DNA of 64,000 bases, from the NCBI RefSeq assembly GCF_056746865.1, contig NZ_CM163382.1; one strand, 5' to 3'. Below, piece after piece: positions 1 through 10,720 of the stretch. How positions within the stretch are numbered: position 1 is the stretch's first letter; the number at the start of each line of letters is the position of its first letter. The notes under the pieces were generated by a model. It saw only the letters and a list, made by a program, of their open reading frames with translations, made no database searches and had not been told where the DNA came from. A program made the translations under genes and the position numbers.

Positions 1-553
1 CTACTGCCGACGCCATACAGTGACGCGCGTTCGGGTCGATGTTGTTCGAACGGAAGCCCGCTTTGAACAGCTTGGACGCGGCATAACCTTCCCAGATAGT
101 CCACTGACCAGAACCGAACATACCGATCGATTCCGGCCCTTTTTCTTTCAGGGCGGTTTTGAATTTCTCTTCCATCACATCGAAGGCCTGATCCCAGGTG
201 ATTGGGGTAAATTCGCCTTCTTTGTCATATTTACCGTTTTTCATACGCAGAAGCGGCTGCGTCAAACGGTCTTTACCGTACATGATTTTGGGCAGGAAAT
301 AGCCCTTAATGCAGTTCAGACCACGGTTAACCGGTGCGTCCGGGTCGCCCTGACAGGCCACCACACGCCCCTGCTGCGTTCCGACCAGAACGCCGCAACC
401 AGTACCGCAGAAACGGCACGGCGCTTTATCCCATTTAATGGCTTCCTGCTGACCAACAACGGCGCGGGCAACGCCCGGCACGCTGAGACCGGCAGCCGCC
501 GCAGCGGCCGCAACGGCGTTAGCTTTCATAAAGCTACGACGACTGAGTTTCAT
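1..553 (-). CDS. napA: Periplasmic nitrate reductase catalytic subunit NapA, N-terminal ~184 codons; gene runs off the window start
   Basis: Reverse strand from ATG at 551-553 reads [19 protein letters not shown] (twin-arginine signal); sits downstream of napF/napD in operon order; no stop inside window. Confidence 0.85.
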
Positions 554-813
554 GGTGTTTCCTCACCTTGCTCTTCCTGCTGGTGATAAACCAGCGACAC
601 CGCCAGCACGCCCTCTACGTTGCGTACTGACTCAATGGTTTGAATCAGCGTTTCGCTGTCTTCTGCTTCCACCACCACAATCAACTGACCGCTCGGCGCG
701 TCGCTGACAGCAACTTCACAGCCGGGAAAGGCGTTCAGTTGGGTGCTGATGTCTGAAATTCGTTCGCTTTTGGCCTGCACGACCAGGCTGCAAACTTGCC
801 AGTTAGTGTGCAT
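550..813 (-). CDS. napD: NapD, chaperone for NapA maturation (87 aa)
   Basis: ORF track protein [17 protein letters not shown]...; stop overlaps napA start; position between napF and napA. Confidence 0.9.
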
Positions 814-1297
814 GGAGATACTCCGCAGTTATGGCTGATACCGGACAGCTGGCTGCACATGCTCCACATCCGTTGCAAAGTTGGCTATTAAGTTGCGGCT
901 GGTAGATCCCGGAGAGCGTCGGGCGAAAGATAATTGCCATTGGCTCACAGCTATCCTGACAGCGGCGGCATTCAACTGTTTGATACGCCAGGCACGCCTC
1001 CCCGATGGTGAACAGCAAATCCCAGGCCCTGGTGTGGCGCGGAGAAAATAGCGATTCGGGGCAAGCCTGCGCGCAGGCGTAACAGAAGCTGCACTCGTTA
1101 TTTTTGAAATTAACGCTCGGATAGCCACCCGCGCCGCGTTGCAGAATGTTGTTTTCACAAGCATTAATACAGGCGTCGCAGCGAGTGCAATGGGTCAGAA
1201 AATGAGATTCATCACCGGACCAGGGCGGACGGATACCGTTACTGGCTTTGCGCCAGCGACCAGTGAGTATGCCCCGACGGGATGCATCAATCTTCAC
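803..1297 (-). CDS. napF: NapF, ferredoxin-type iron-sulfur protein (164 aa)
   Basis: Several CxxCxxCxxxCP 4Fe-4S motifs in translation; first gene of nap operon; overlaps napD start. Confidence 0.9.
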   Translation of the reverse strand: MKIDASRRGILTGRWRKASNGIRPPWSGDESHFLTHCTRCDACINACENNILQRGAGGYPSVNFKNNECSFCYACAQACPESLFSPRHTRAWDLLFTIGEACLAYQTVECRRCQDSCEPMAIIFRPTLSGIYQPQLNSQLCNGCGACAASCPVSAITAEYLHAH

Positions 1298-1410
1298 ATT
1301 GACCTTCCATCATTAACGCGCTCTGAAAATTGAGAGCGACCAAATAAACCGCATAATTAATAAGCCATTTTTATAGCCGCTAAGATATTAAAGGATGTGT
1401 CAAAGATGCA

Positions 1411-1426
1411 TACCCCGATCGGGGTA
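1411..1426 (-). promoter_or_regulatory. Perfect 16-bp palindrome TACCCCGATCGGGGTA, NarP/NarL 7-2-7 type site in napF promoter
   Basis: Palindrome read directly; heptamer TACCCCT-like halves; lies about 115 bp upstream of napF start. Confidence 0.6.
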
Positions 1427-1431
1427 AAACC

Positions 1432-1445
1432 TGTAGCAGGATCAA
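1432..1445 (-). promoter_or_regulatory. Candidate FNR half-site pair (TGTAG-N4-ATCAA) about 20 bp upstream of the NarP palindrome
   Basis: One perfect ATCAA half-site; spacing to NarP site fits the -64.5/-44.5 architecture described for napF; other half-site is weak. Confidence 0.4.
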
Positions 1446-1704
1446 AAGAGTGGCGGGAAGCGTGGCAAAAACGGGCTTTTGCTCACATTTCAAATGGTTA
1501 TAAACATACTTATATAGCGATTAATTCACCAGAGATATTTATGTCGGTTTGTTCTCTCACCAGAATTTAACACTAAAAGAGCAGGTAAAATTGTCTGAAT
1601 GTTCTTTAAGTTATTCATAAAGCAAATTAATAAATCTGATGAATATGTTAACCTTCAGCGACATCATCGGTGAAAACCTATAAATGAAGAAGGAAAGCAA
1701 AAAA

Positions 1705-2193
1705 ATGAAGACCATTCTACCTGCAGTATTGTTTGCCGCTTTCGCCACCACTTCCGCCTGGGCGGCAGAAAGCGTCCAGCCACTGGAAAAAATCGCGCCT
1801 TATCCACAAGCTGAAAAAGGCATGAAGCGTCAGGTGATTCAGTTAACCCCGCAAGAAGATGAATCTACCCTGAAAGTAGAACTGTTAATCGGCCAGACGC
1901 TGGAAGTCGATTGCAATTTGCATCGTCTCGGCGGGAAGCTGGAAAGCAAAACGCTGGAAGGCTGGGGCTATGATTATTACGTCTTTGATAAAGTTAGCTC
2001 GCCGGTTTCGACGATGATGGCCTGCCCGGATGGCAAGAAAGAGAAGAAATTTGTCACCGCGTATCTGGGCGATGCCGGAATGCTGCGTTACAACAGCAAG
2101 CTGCCGATCGTGGTGTATACGCCAGACAATGTGGATGTGAAGTACCGCGTCTGGAAGGCGGAAGAGAAAATTGACAACGCGGTTGTTCGCTAA
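1705..2193 (+). CDS. eco: Ecotin, periplasmic serine protease inhibitor (162 aa)
   Basis: Translation [20 protein letters not shown]... with signal peptide; AGGAA Shine-Dalgarno ~10 nt before ATG at 1705; the longer ORF from 1684 is probably not the real start. Confidence 0.9.
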
Positions 2194-2214
2194 ACTACTG
2201 TGAAGTGCTGCAAC

Positions 2215-2340
2215 CCGTAGGCCGAATAAGGCGGTCACGCCGCATCCGATCCAACGCCCGAGCCGGTTGCCTGATGCGACGCTGGCGCGTCTTATCAGCA
2301 TACGCCACATCCGGCATACCATGCCGGATGTGGCACATCA
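2215..2340. repeat. REP/BIME palindromic elements between eco and mqo (convergent gene ends)
   Basis: Motifs GCCGCATCCG, GCCTGATGCGACGCTGGCGCGTCTTATCAG, GCCGGATGTGGC typical of E. coli REP units. Confidence 0.75.
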
Positions 2341-3999
<1,659 letters not shown>

Positions 4000-4165
4000 T
4001 TACTTTTAGTCGCTTTATTGCAGGTGAGATTTGCGCGGCATCAACGGTAACACTTAAGTAACAACATTTAAATAATGTTTATAAATTATATTCTAATTTT
4101 AGAAACATTATGATTTCGTTGATTAATTATAGGGTTATTAGAAATGAAGGGATTTTTAGCATATT

Positions 4166-4192
4166 GACCTGGCGGCAGCAGTCCGCCAGGTC
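4166..4192 (-). terminator. Perfect 10-bp inverted repeat hairpin (GACCTGGCGG-N7-CCGCCAGGTC) just downstream of yojI stop
   Basis: Inverted repeat read directly; no clean U-tract follows on either strand, so function as terminator is uncertain. Confidence 0.35.
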
Positions 4193-4204
4193 AGCGTCGT
4201 AATA

Positions 4205-5848
4205 TTATGCCGTCCGGGCAACGGCATCACGCGAAGCGGCATCGCGCTCTTCGCCCGTCAGCTCGCTAAGTTGCCCGTTGCGCATTTCCAGCAGGCGGTC
4301 GGCGTGGATAAAGTAATGATCATCATGACTGATGGCGAAAATCGTTTTACCCATCTCCTGCATCAGCGGCAGCAACACCTGATAAAACTCACGACGGAAG
4401 TGTGGGTCCTGATCCGCCGCCCATTCATCCAGCAGGATAATATCGCGTTCTTCTGCCAGCGCCAGCAACAGCGCGACGCGTTTTTTCTGCCCTTTCGATA
4501 ACTTCAGGTTAACAATACGCCCGTTGCTTAACTCAAGCTTATGAGCCATTTTCAGTTGCGCCAGCCACTTCTCAATCAGTTGCGGGTTAGCGGGTTGACC
4601 CTCCGGCCCCAGCAGTTGATCGAACAGCCAGACATCGGTAAACACTGCCGAAAACAGTTTGCGATAATCTTCCGGTTGTTCGCCGCTGACAGGTTTGCCA
4701 TCCAGCAAGATTTCGCCGCTTTGTGGCTGATACAAGCCCGTCAGCAACATCGCCAGCGTCGATTTTCCACTACCGTTGCCACCAATCAGAAACAGCAGCT
4801 CGCCACGTTTAATGGTGAGGTTAATCGGCCCAACGGAAAACGCATTATCCTGATAAGCAAACGTCACGTTACGCAGCTCCAGCGTTTGCCAGTTGGGAAA
4901 CGCCTGCGGGCGTGGAAACTCTGCTTTGAAAGGTGCGAGCGCGAATTTGTTCAGCTTGTTAAACGCCACCTGCGCCGTCAGCAGCGTCGGTAATGCGCCA
5001 ACCGCCGAAAGCAGCGGCGTACGCAGGAATAACAGCGTCAACGAATAGGTCGCGGCAACGTTGGTATCAGCCCAACCGAGACTGTTCGCCATCCAGAACA
5101 CCAGGCCGATTGCGCCCAGCATCATGATGTTTGACCAGTTCACGGCACTAAGATGGAAGGTGTCTGCGCGAATAATATGATGGCGATACTCTTGCGCATC
5201 AGGAATGTAGAGGTTGTTAAACACATACTCGGCGCGTTCCCGGTTCAGAGTCAGCTCTTTGCGCCCTTCGAGTACGGTTTGAAAATCCGTGTACAGCTTG
5301 TCTTCGGTTTCACGCAGGGTCGCCATATGTTTGTACACCCGCGCCACCAGCACAAAACCGCCCCAGATGGTGACTGCCATCCAGATAGCCGTTACCAGCA
5401 ACATTTTGCCCGACAGCATCCACAAGTACGCCGCGGAACCGATAGTGAGGATGATCCCCTGCACCAGTTCCGGCAGACGCACAAAAGCAATGGTGATATT
5501 GCGCACATCGCTGGTTAATCCCGCCAGCAACGAAGCGCTACCAAGTTGTTCAATGCGCTCGACGTGGGTATCCAGAATCCGCTTGATAAATTCGCTACGC
5601 AGTCGGTAAACGAAGTGATGGCCCAGCGTAGTAAGCGCCAGTTGCGATCCGAGAGTGACAGCCATCAACAGTAGCAATAATCCCAGAAACTCCGGCAACA
5701 CCAGCAGACTGGTATCTGCCGTTTCGATAAGACGCTGATTGATAAAAGCAATTAAGCCAATGCCTAATGCCGCACTGGCGAGGCTTAGCGCCATCACACT
5801 GATAAATGGCCAGCGATACTGCCGCCAGACAAGTACAAGAAGTTCCAT
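4205..5848 (-). CDS. yojI: ABC transporter, fused permease/ATP-binding (microcin J25 efflux type), 547 aa
   Basis: N-terminal TM domain plus Walker [13 protein letters not shown] signature LSKGQKKR, Walker B ILLDEW in translation. Confidence 0.88.
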   Translation of the reverse strand: MELLVLVWRQYRWPFISVMALSLASAALGIGLIAFINQRLIETADTSLLVLPEFLGLLLLLMAVTLGSQLALTTLGHHFVYRLRSEFIKRILDTHVERIEQLGSASLLAGLTSDVRNITIAFVRLPELVQGIILTIGSAAYLWMLSGKMLLVTAIWMAVTIWGGFVLVARVYKHMATLRETEDKLYTDFQTVLEGRKELTLNRERAEYVFNNLYIPDAQEYRHHIIRADTFHLSAVNWSNIMMLGAIGLVFWMANSLGWADTNVAATYSLTLLFLRTPLLSAVGALPTLLTAQVAFNKLNKFALAPFKAEFPRPQAFPNWQTLELRNVTFAYQDNAFSVGPINLTIKRGELLFLIGGNGSGKSTLAMLLTGLYQPQSGEILLDGKPVSGEQPEDYRKLFSAVFTDVWLFDQLLGPEGQPANPQLIEKWLAQLKMAHKLELSNGRIVNLKLSKGQKKRVALLLALAEERDIILLDEWAADQDPHFRREFYQVLLPLMQEMGKTIFAISHDDHYFIHADRLLEMRNGQLSELTGEERDAASRDAVARTA

Positions 5849-5923
5849 GCAGAAAACCCGGACAATGAATTACAGCCCGCAGTTTAAACATCTTCGCGCG
5901 CACAGCAATAATAATTCTTATTT

Positions 5924-6574
5924 TTATTCTTTTTTACCTGCCTGACGGAATGTCAGGTTGTAGCGGCAGTCGGTGGTGAGTGGATGAAACCCCGCTTTCA
6001 ACGGTTGAATGCCATGATAAAACAGCCGCGATTCACCGCCCCATACCACCACATCGCCATGTTCCAACAACAAACGTTTTAGCGGATCATTTCGTTTCAG
6101 GCCGCCAAATTGAAAAATCGCGGGTAAGCCCAGAGAAACAGAAACAATCGGCGCGCGCAGATCCGGTTCGTCTTTATCCTGATGCAGCGACAGTTTCGCG
6201 CCAGGAGCGTAGCGGTTGATAAGACAAGCATCTGGCTGGAAATCTGGATAGCCCGCCGCCGTAGCCGCACGTTGACATAAATCATGAAAGCTTTGTGGCA
6301 TGGCGGGCCACGGTTTATTTGTTTGCGGATCAATGGGCGAATAGAGATAACCTTGCCGATGGGTCGTCCAGCCCAGATGCCCACAGTTGGTCATCGCCAC
6401 CGACATGGTATATCCGCCTGGAGTGACCATCTGGCGAAACGGCGACTGGCTGGCAACATCATTAATATCGCGGATCAGTTGCTCCGCAGCGTTAAAAGTA
6501 AAACGCCGTAAAATTACCGCACCAGCCGCCAGAGGCTCTTGCCACGGTTCAGCATCGGCAAACAGATCCAACAT
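5924..6574 (-). CDS. alkB: AlkB, Fe(II)/2-oxoglutarate-dependent DNA/RNA demethylase (216 aa)
   Basis: Translation MLDLFADAEPWQEPLAAGAVILRRF...; start codon overlaps ada stop (TAATG). Confidence 0.92.
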   Translation of the reverse strand: MLDLFADAEPWQEPLAAGAVILRRFTFNAAEQLIRDINDVASQSPFRQMVTPGGYTMSVAMTNCGHLGWTTHRQGYLYSPIDPQTNKPWPAMPQSFHDLCQRAATAAGYPDFQPDACLINRYAPGAKLSLHQDKDEPDLRAPIVSVSLGLPAIFQFGGLKRNDPLKRLLLEHGDVVVWGGESRLFYHGIQPLKAGFHPLTTDCRYNLTFRQAGKKE

Positions 6575-7638
6575 TATCTCTCCTCATTTTCAGCTTCGCG
6601 GCGCAGCAGTTGTGCTTTACGCAACACGCCCCAGCGGTAACCGGAAAGTGTGCCATCACCACGGACCACCCGATGACAAGGTATAACGATAGCGAGCTTG
6701 TTGGCGGCACAGGCGCTGGCAACGGCACGTACCGCTTTCGGTTTGCCGATGGCGTTAGCCAGTTGCTGATAACTGACGGTTTCACCGCAAGGTATCGTGC
6801 GCAATGCCTGCCAGACTTGTTGCTGAAAAGCAGTGCCGCGAATGTCCAGCGGTAACGTCAGCGGCGTATCGCGTTGATTGAGGCTGGCGATCACTTCACG
6901 CACATGTTGCTGAAACGTCAGATCGGCAGGCGCGTTGTCGGCAGCGGGAAACATCTGCTGCAACTCGCTGATTAATGTCGCGTCATCATCGCCCAGCAAT
7001 ATCGCGCAAATCCCCCGCTCGCTTTCTGCCACCAGGCAACGGCCCAGCTCACAATCAGCCAGCGCGTAACGCACCGCCAGATTTTCGCCACCGTGACGGA
7101 ATTGTTTAGCCGTCATGCCCAGCGTTTCGTCGGCTTTGCGGTAGTAACTGCTGCTGTCGGGAAATCCGGCGTTAAGAATAGATGTAGTCACGCTCTCCCC
7201 TTTCGCCAGCGATTCGCGCAAACGGCGAGCGCGCCAGGCCTGTTGCCAGGCTTTCGGCGTCATTCCGGTAGTCGCTTTAAACAACCGATGCAGATGGAAC
7301 GGGCTCATCGCCACCTGGTCGGCTAAGGTTTCCAGCGTTACAGGCGTTTCCTGTTCCAGCAGTCGGCAGGCGTGGGTGATTTTATCCAACCGATGTTGCT
7401 GGGCATTGGCTTTATCGGGTTGGCAGCGTTTGCAGGGGCGAAATCCGGCGGTGAGTGCCTCACTGGCATTTGCGTAGAAGGAGACGTTTTCCCGCAAAGC
7501 ATGTCTGGCGCGGCAAGACGGACGGCAAAAGATGCCTGTGGTGCGCACGGCGAAAACGAATTCGCCGTCGGCATTCGGGTCGCGGGCTAAGACAGATTGC
7601 CAGCGTTGATCGTCAGTTAAGCATGTGGCGTTTTTCAT
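6574..7638 (-). CDS. ada: Ada, O6-methylguanine-DNA methyltransferase / transcriptional activator (354 aa)
   Basis: N-terminal Zn-Cys cluster (CRPSCRAR...CKRC), AraC-type HTH, C-terminal PCHRV active site in translation. Confidence 0.92.
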   Translation of the reverse strand: MKNATCLTDDQRWQSVLARDPNADGEFVFAVRTTGIFCRPSCRARHALRENVSFYANASEALTAGFRPCKRCQPDKANAQQHRLDKITHACRLLEQETPVTLETLADQVAMSPFHLHRLFKATTGMTPKAWQQAWRARRLRESLAKGESVTTSILNAGFPDSSSYYRKADETLGMTAKQFRHGGENLAVRYALADCELGRCLVAESERGICAILLGDDDATLISELQQMFPAADNAPADLTFQQHVREVIASLNQRDTPLTLPLDIRGTAFQQQVWQALRTIPCGETVSYQQLANAIGKPKAVRAVASACAANKLAIVIPCHRVVRGDGTLSGYRWGVLRKAQLLRREAENEER

Positions 7639-7699
7639 AATCAGCTCCCTGGTTAAGGATAGCCTTTAGTCTGCCCGGTCACCATCGCGCAAAAACCAA

Positions 7700-7725
7700 C
7701 AATCTTGCGCTTTAATTTTTTTCGC
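7700..7725 (-). promoter_or_regulatory. ada promoter with Ada box (AAATTAAAGCGCA on reverse strand)
   Basis: Reverse complement of 7706-7713 is AAAGCGCA preceded by AAATT; about 70 bp upstream of ada start; overlaps the 3' end of apbE. Confidence 0.55.
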
Positions 7726-8767
7726 TGATAAGGAAGCTTTTAAACTGCGGCGACATCCAGGTTTTAAAACTATCGCCCTCTTTGGTGATCATATAAACCG
7801 CCAGCCCTTCCCGACGAACAACCTCTTTGGCTTTCTCCGGCCCCAGTACCATCAAGCCAGTATCCCAGGCATCGGCTACCAGCGCCGTCGGGGCAATCAC
7901 CGTCACGGATACCAGATTGTGTTCGATGGGACGCCCGGTTTGCGGATCGATAACATGAGAAAGACGTTTGCCATCCAGTTCGTAATAGTTACGGTAGCTG
8001 CCAGAGGTGCTAATGCCATGACCGTTGATATCCACCACGGCCTGAACCGCATTTTCTTTATCAGTTGGTTTTTGAATCGCTACCCGCCACGGCTGGCCTG
8101 CACCGTTCATACCACGGCTGTTCAGCGCGCCGCCCACCGACACCAGATAGCGGGAAATCCCTTCCTGCTCCATCAAGCGTGCTAGGTGATCCGCCGCATA
8201 ACCTTCACCGACGGTAGAGAGATCGACATATAAATCCGGCAGGTCTTTTTGCAGATATTGCTGGTGGGACTGATTAATCACCGTCAGGTGCTGTAAGCCG
8301 GTTTTGGCTTTCATCGCATCGATCTGTTCCTGGCTCGGAATTTGAACCGGCTGTTGTTCCGGACCGAAACCCCACAGATTCACCAGCGGCCCGACGGTTA
8401 TATCCATCGCGCCATCGGTCTTCGCGCCAATGCGTAGCGAGGTAGTGACGATATCGGCCATCGCTTCACTTACCGGCCACGGCGATAAACTTTGCGAGTC
8501 GTTAAATCGCATCAGCGCGGAATCTTTTTTATAGGTCGAAAGCAGCTGATCGTCGGCGTCCAGCTGGGTCTGAATCTTTTCTTTAAGTTCGGCACTGCGT
8601 TTGGCGTCAATGCCCGGGATGCTGGCACGCCAGAAGGTACCCATAGTTTTGCCTTCAAGAACGGTAACTTCAGTAGCGTGGGTTTTGGCGGGTTGTGGTT
8701 TTTGATCGCAACCAACAAAGAAGAGCGCGGCAGCCAGCAGTGCAACGCGGGTAAAGCTTATTTCCAT
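7712..8767 (-). CDS. apbE: ApbE/Ftp, FAD:protein FMN transferase lipoprotein (351 aa)
   Basis: Translation MEISFTRVALLAAALFFVGC (lipobox) ...; length and context match ApbE. Confidence 0.88.
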   Translation of the reverse strand: MEISFTRVALLAAALFFVGCDQKPQPAKTHATEVTVLEGKTMGTFWRASIPGIDAKRSAELKEKIQTQLDADDQLLSTYKKDSALMRFNDSQSLSPWPVSEAMADIVTTSLRIGAKTDGAMDITVGPLVNLWGFGPEQQPVQIPSQEQIDAMKAKTGLQHLTVINQSHQQYLQKDLPDLYVDLSTVGEGYAADHLARLMEQEGISRYLVSVGGALNSRGMNGAGQPWRVAIQKPTDKENAVQAVVDINGHGISTSGSYRNYYELDGKRLSHVIDPQTGRPIEHNLVSVTVIAPTALVADAWDTGLMVLGPEKAKEVVRREGLAVYMITKEGDSFKTWMSPQFKSFLISEKN

Positions 8768-8837
8768 ACGTGATTATCCTCATGCGAACGGTCGCAAGAG
8801 TACACCAAAAAACTGTGTTTGTACGCTGAAAACAATG

Positions 8838-8860
8838 AAAAAAGGGCCCGCAGGCCCTTT
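8838..8860 (-). terminator. Rho-independent terminator of ompC
   Basis: On reverse strand GGGCC-TGC-GGGCCC stem followed by TTTTTT; about 20 nt after ompC stop. Confidence 0.8.
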
Positions 8861-8878
8861 GTTCGATATCAATCGAGA

Positions 8879-9997
<1,119 letters not shown>

Positions 9998-10059
9998 TTA
10001 TATGCCTTTATTTGCTTTTTTATGCCACTGCATACTGATTAACCCTCATTAATCAGTCG

Positions 10060-10170
10060 GCAAGTCCATTCTCCCCAAAAATGCAGAATAATCCAACACG
10101 AATATGATACTAAAACTTTTAAGATGTTTCATTTATCGCTATAGATGTTTCAAAATGTAAATGCAAGGGA
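10060..10170 (-). promoter_or_regulatory. ompC promoter region with OmpR-binding boxes (TTTACATTTTGAAACATCTA... repeats on reverse strand)
   Basis: Repeated GAAACATCT-like motifs upstream of ompC on reverse strand; exact box limits not resolved. Confidence 0.55.
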
Positions 10171-10316
10171 ACTTTTTAAGATTATTGTGGAATGGCGAAA
10201 TAAGCACCTAACATCAAGCAATAATAATTCAAGGTTAAAATCAATAACTTATTCTTAAGTATTTGACAGCACTGAATGTCAAAACAAAACCTTCACTCGC
10301 AACTAGAATAACTCCC

Positions 10317-10409
10317 GCTATCATCATTAACTTTATTTATTACCGTCATTCATTTCTGAATGTCTGTTTACCCCTATTTCAACCGGATGCCTCGCATCCG
10401 GTTTTTTTT
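10317..10409 (+). ncRNA. micF: MicF antisense small RNA (regulator of ompF), ~93 nt
   Basis: Sequence GCTATCATCATTAACTTTATTTATTACCGTCATTCATTTCTGAATGTCTGTTTACCCCTATTTCAACCGGATGCCTCGCATCCGGTTTTTTTT, ending in a hairpin plus U-run; divergent from ompC. Confidence 0.85.
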
Positions 10410-10720
10410 ACCCTTCTTTACACACTTTTCATTATTCTGTGCTACCACAGAAAAACTATAACGCTTGTTAACTATTTCACAAATAATTAACATCAGCATA
10501 ATTTCCAGCAATCTTCGTTTATTTGCAATTAATTTCGTTGGGCTTTTTGTAGGTTATTTGTACAGCGAAATGGCGCTTGTACATCTATTTCCCCCAATGC
10601 AGGATGATAAATATCACGGGAGAATAGAAAATCATCAATCAGGTAAGAGTCTGGAATTTCACACTGTACCCTTTATACTGCCCTATCACTTCGCGAAGTT
10701 TTAACAGGTCATAAACACGA

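Noticed and set aside
20-586. 188-aa plus-strand ORF at the window start
   Set aside because: Lies antisense to the napA N-terminal coding region, which is clearly identifiable on the minus strand; treated as a shadow ORF.
1139-1333. 64-aa plus-strand ORF near the napF start, possible small gene (K-12 has a small gene yojO somewhere between napF and eco)
   Set aside because: This ORF overlaps napF antisense and I cannot match it to a remembered sequence; not enough evidence to call.
10263-10309. TTGACA and TAGAAT hexamers upstream of micF as its promoter
   Set aside because: The spacing between the two hexamers is about 35 bp, too long for a sigma-70 promoter; the -10 may be real but I could not assign a -35, so no promoter feature is called.
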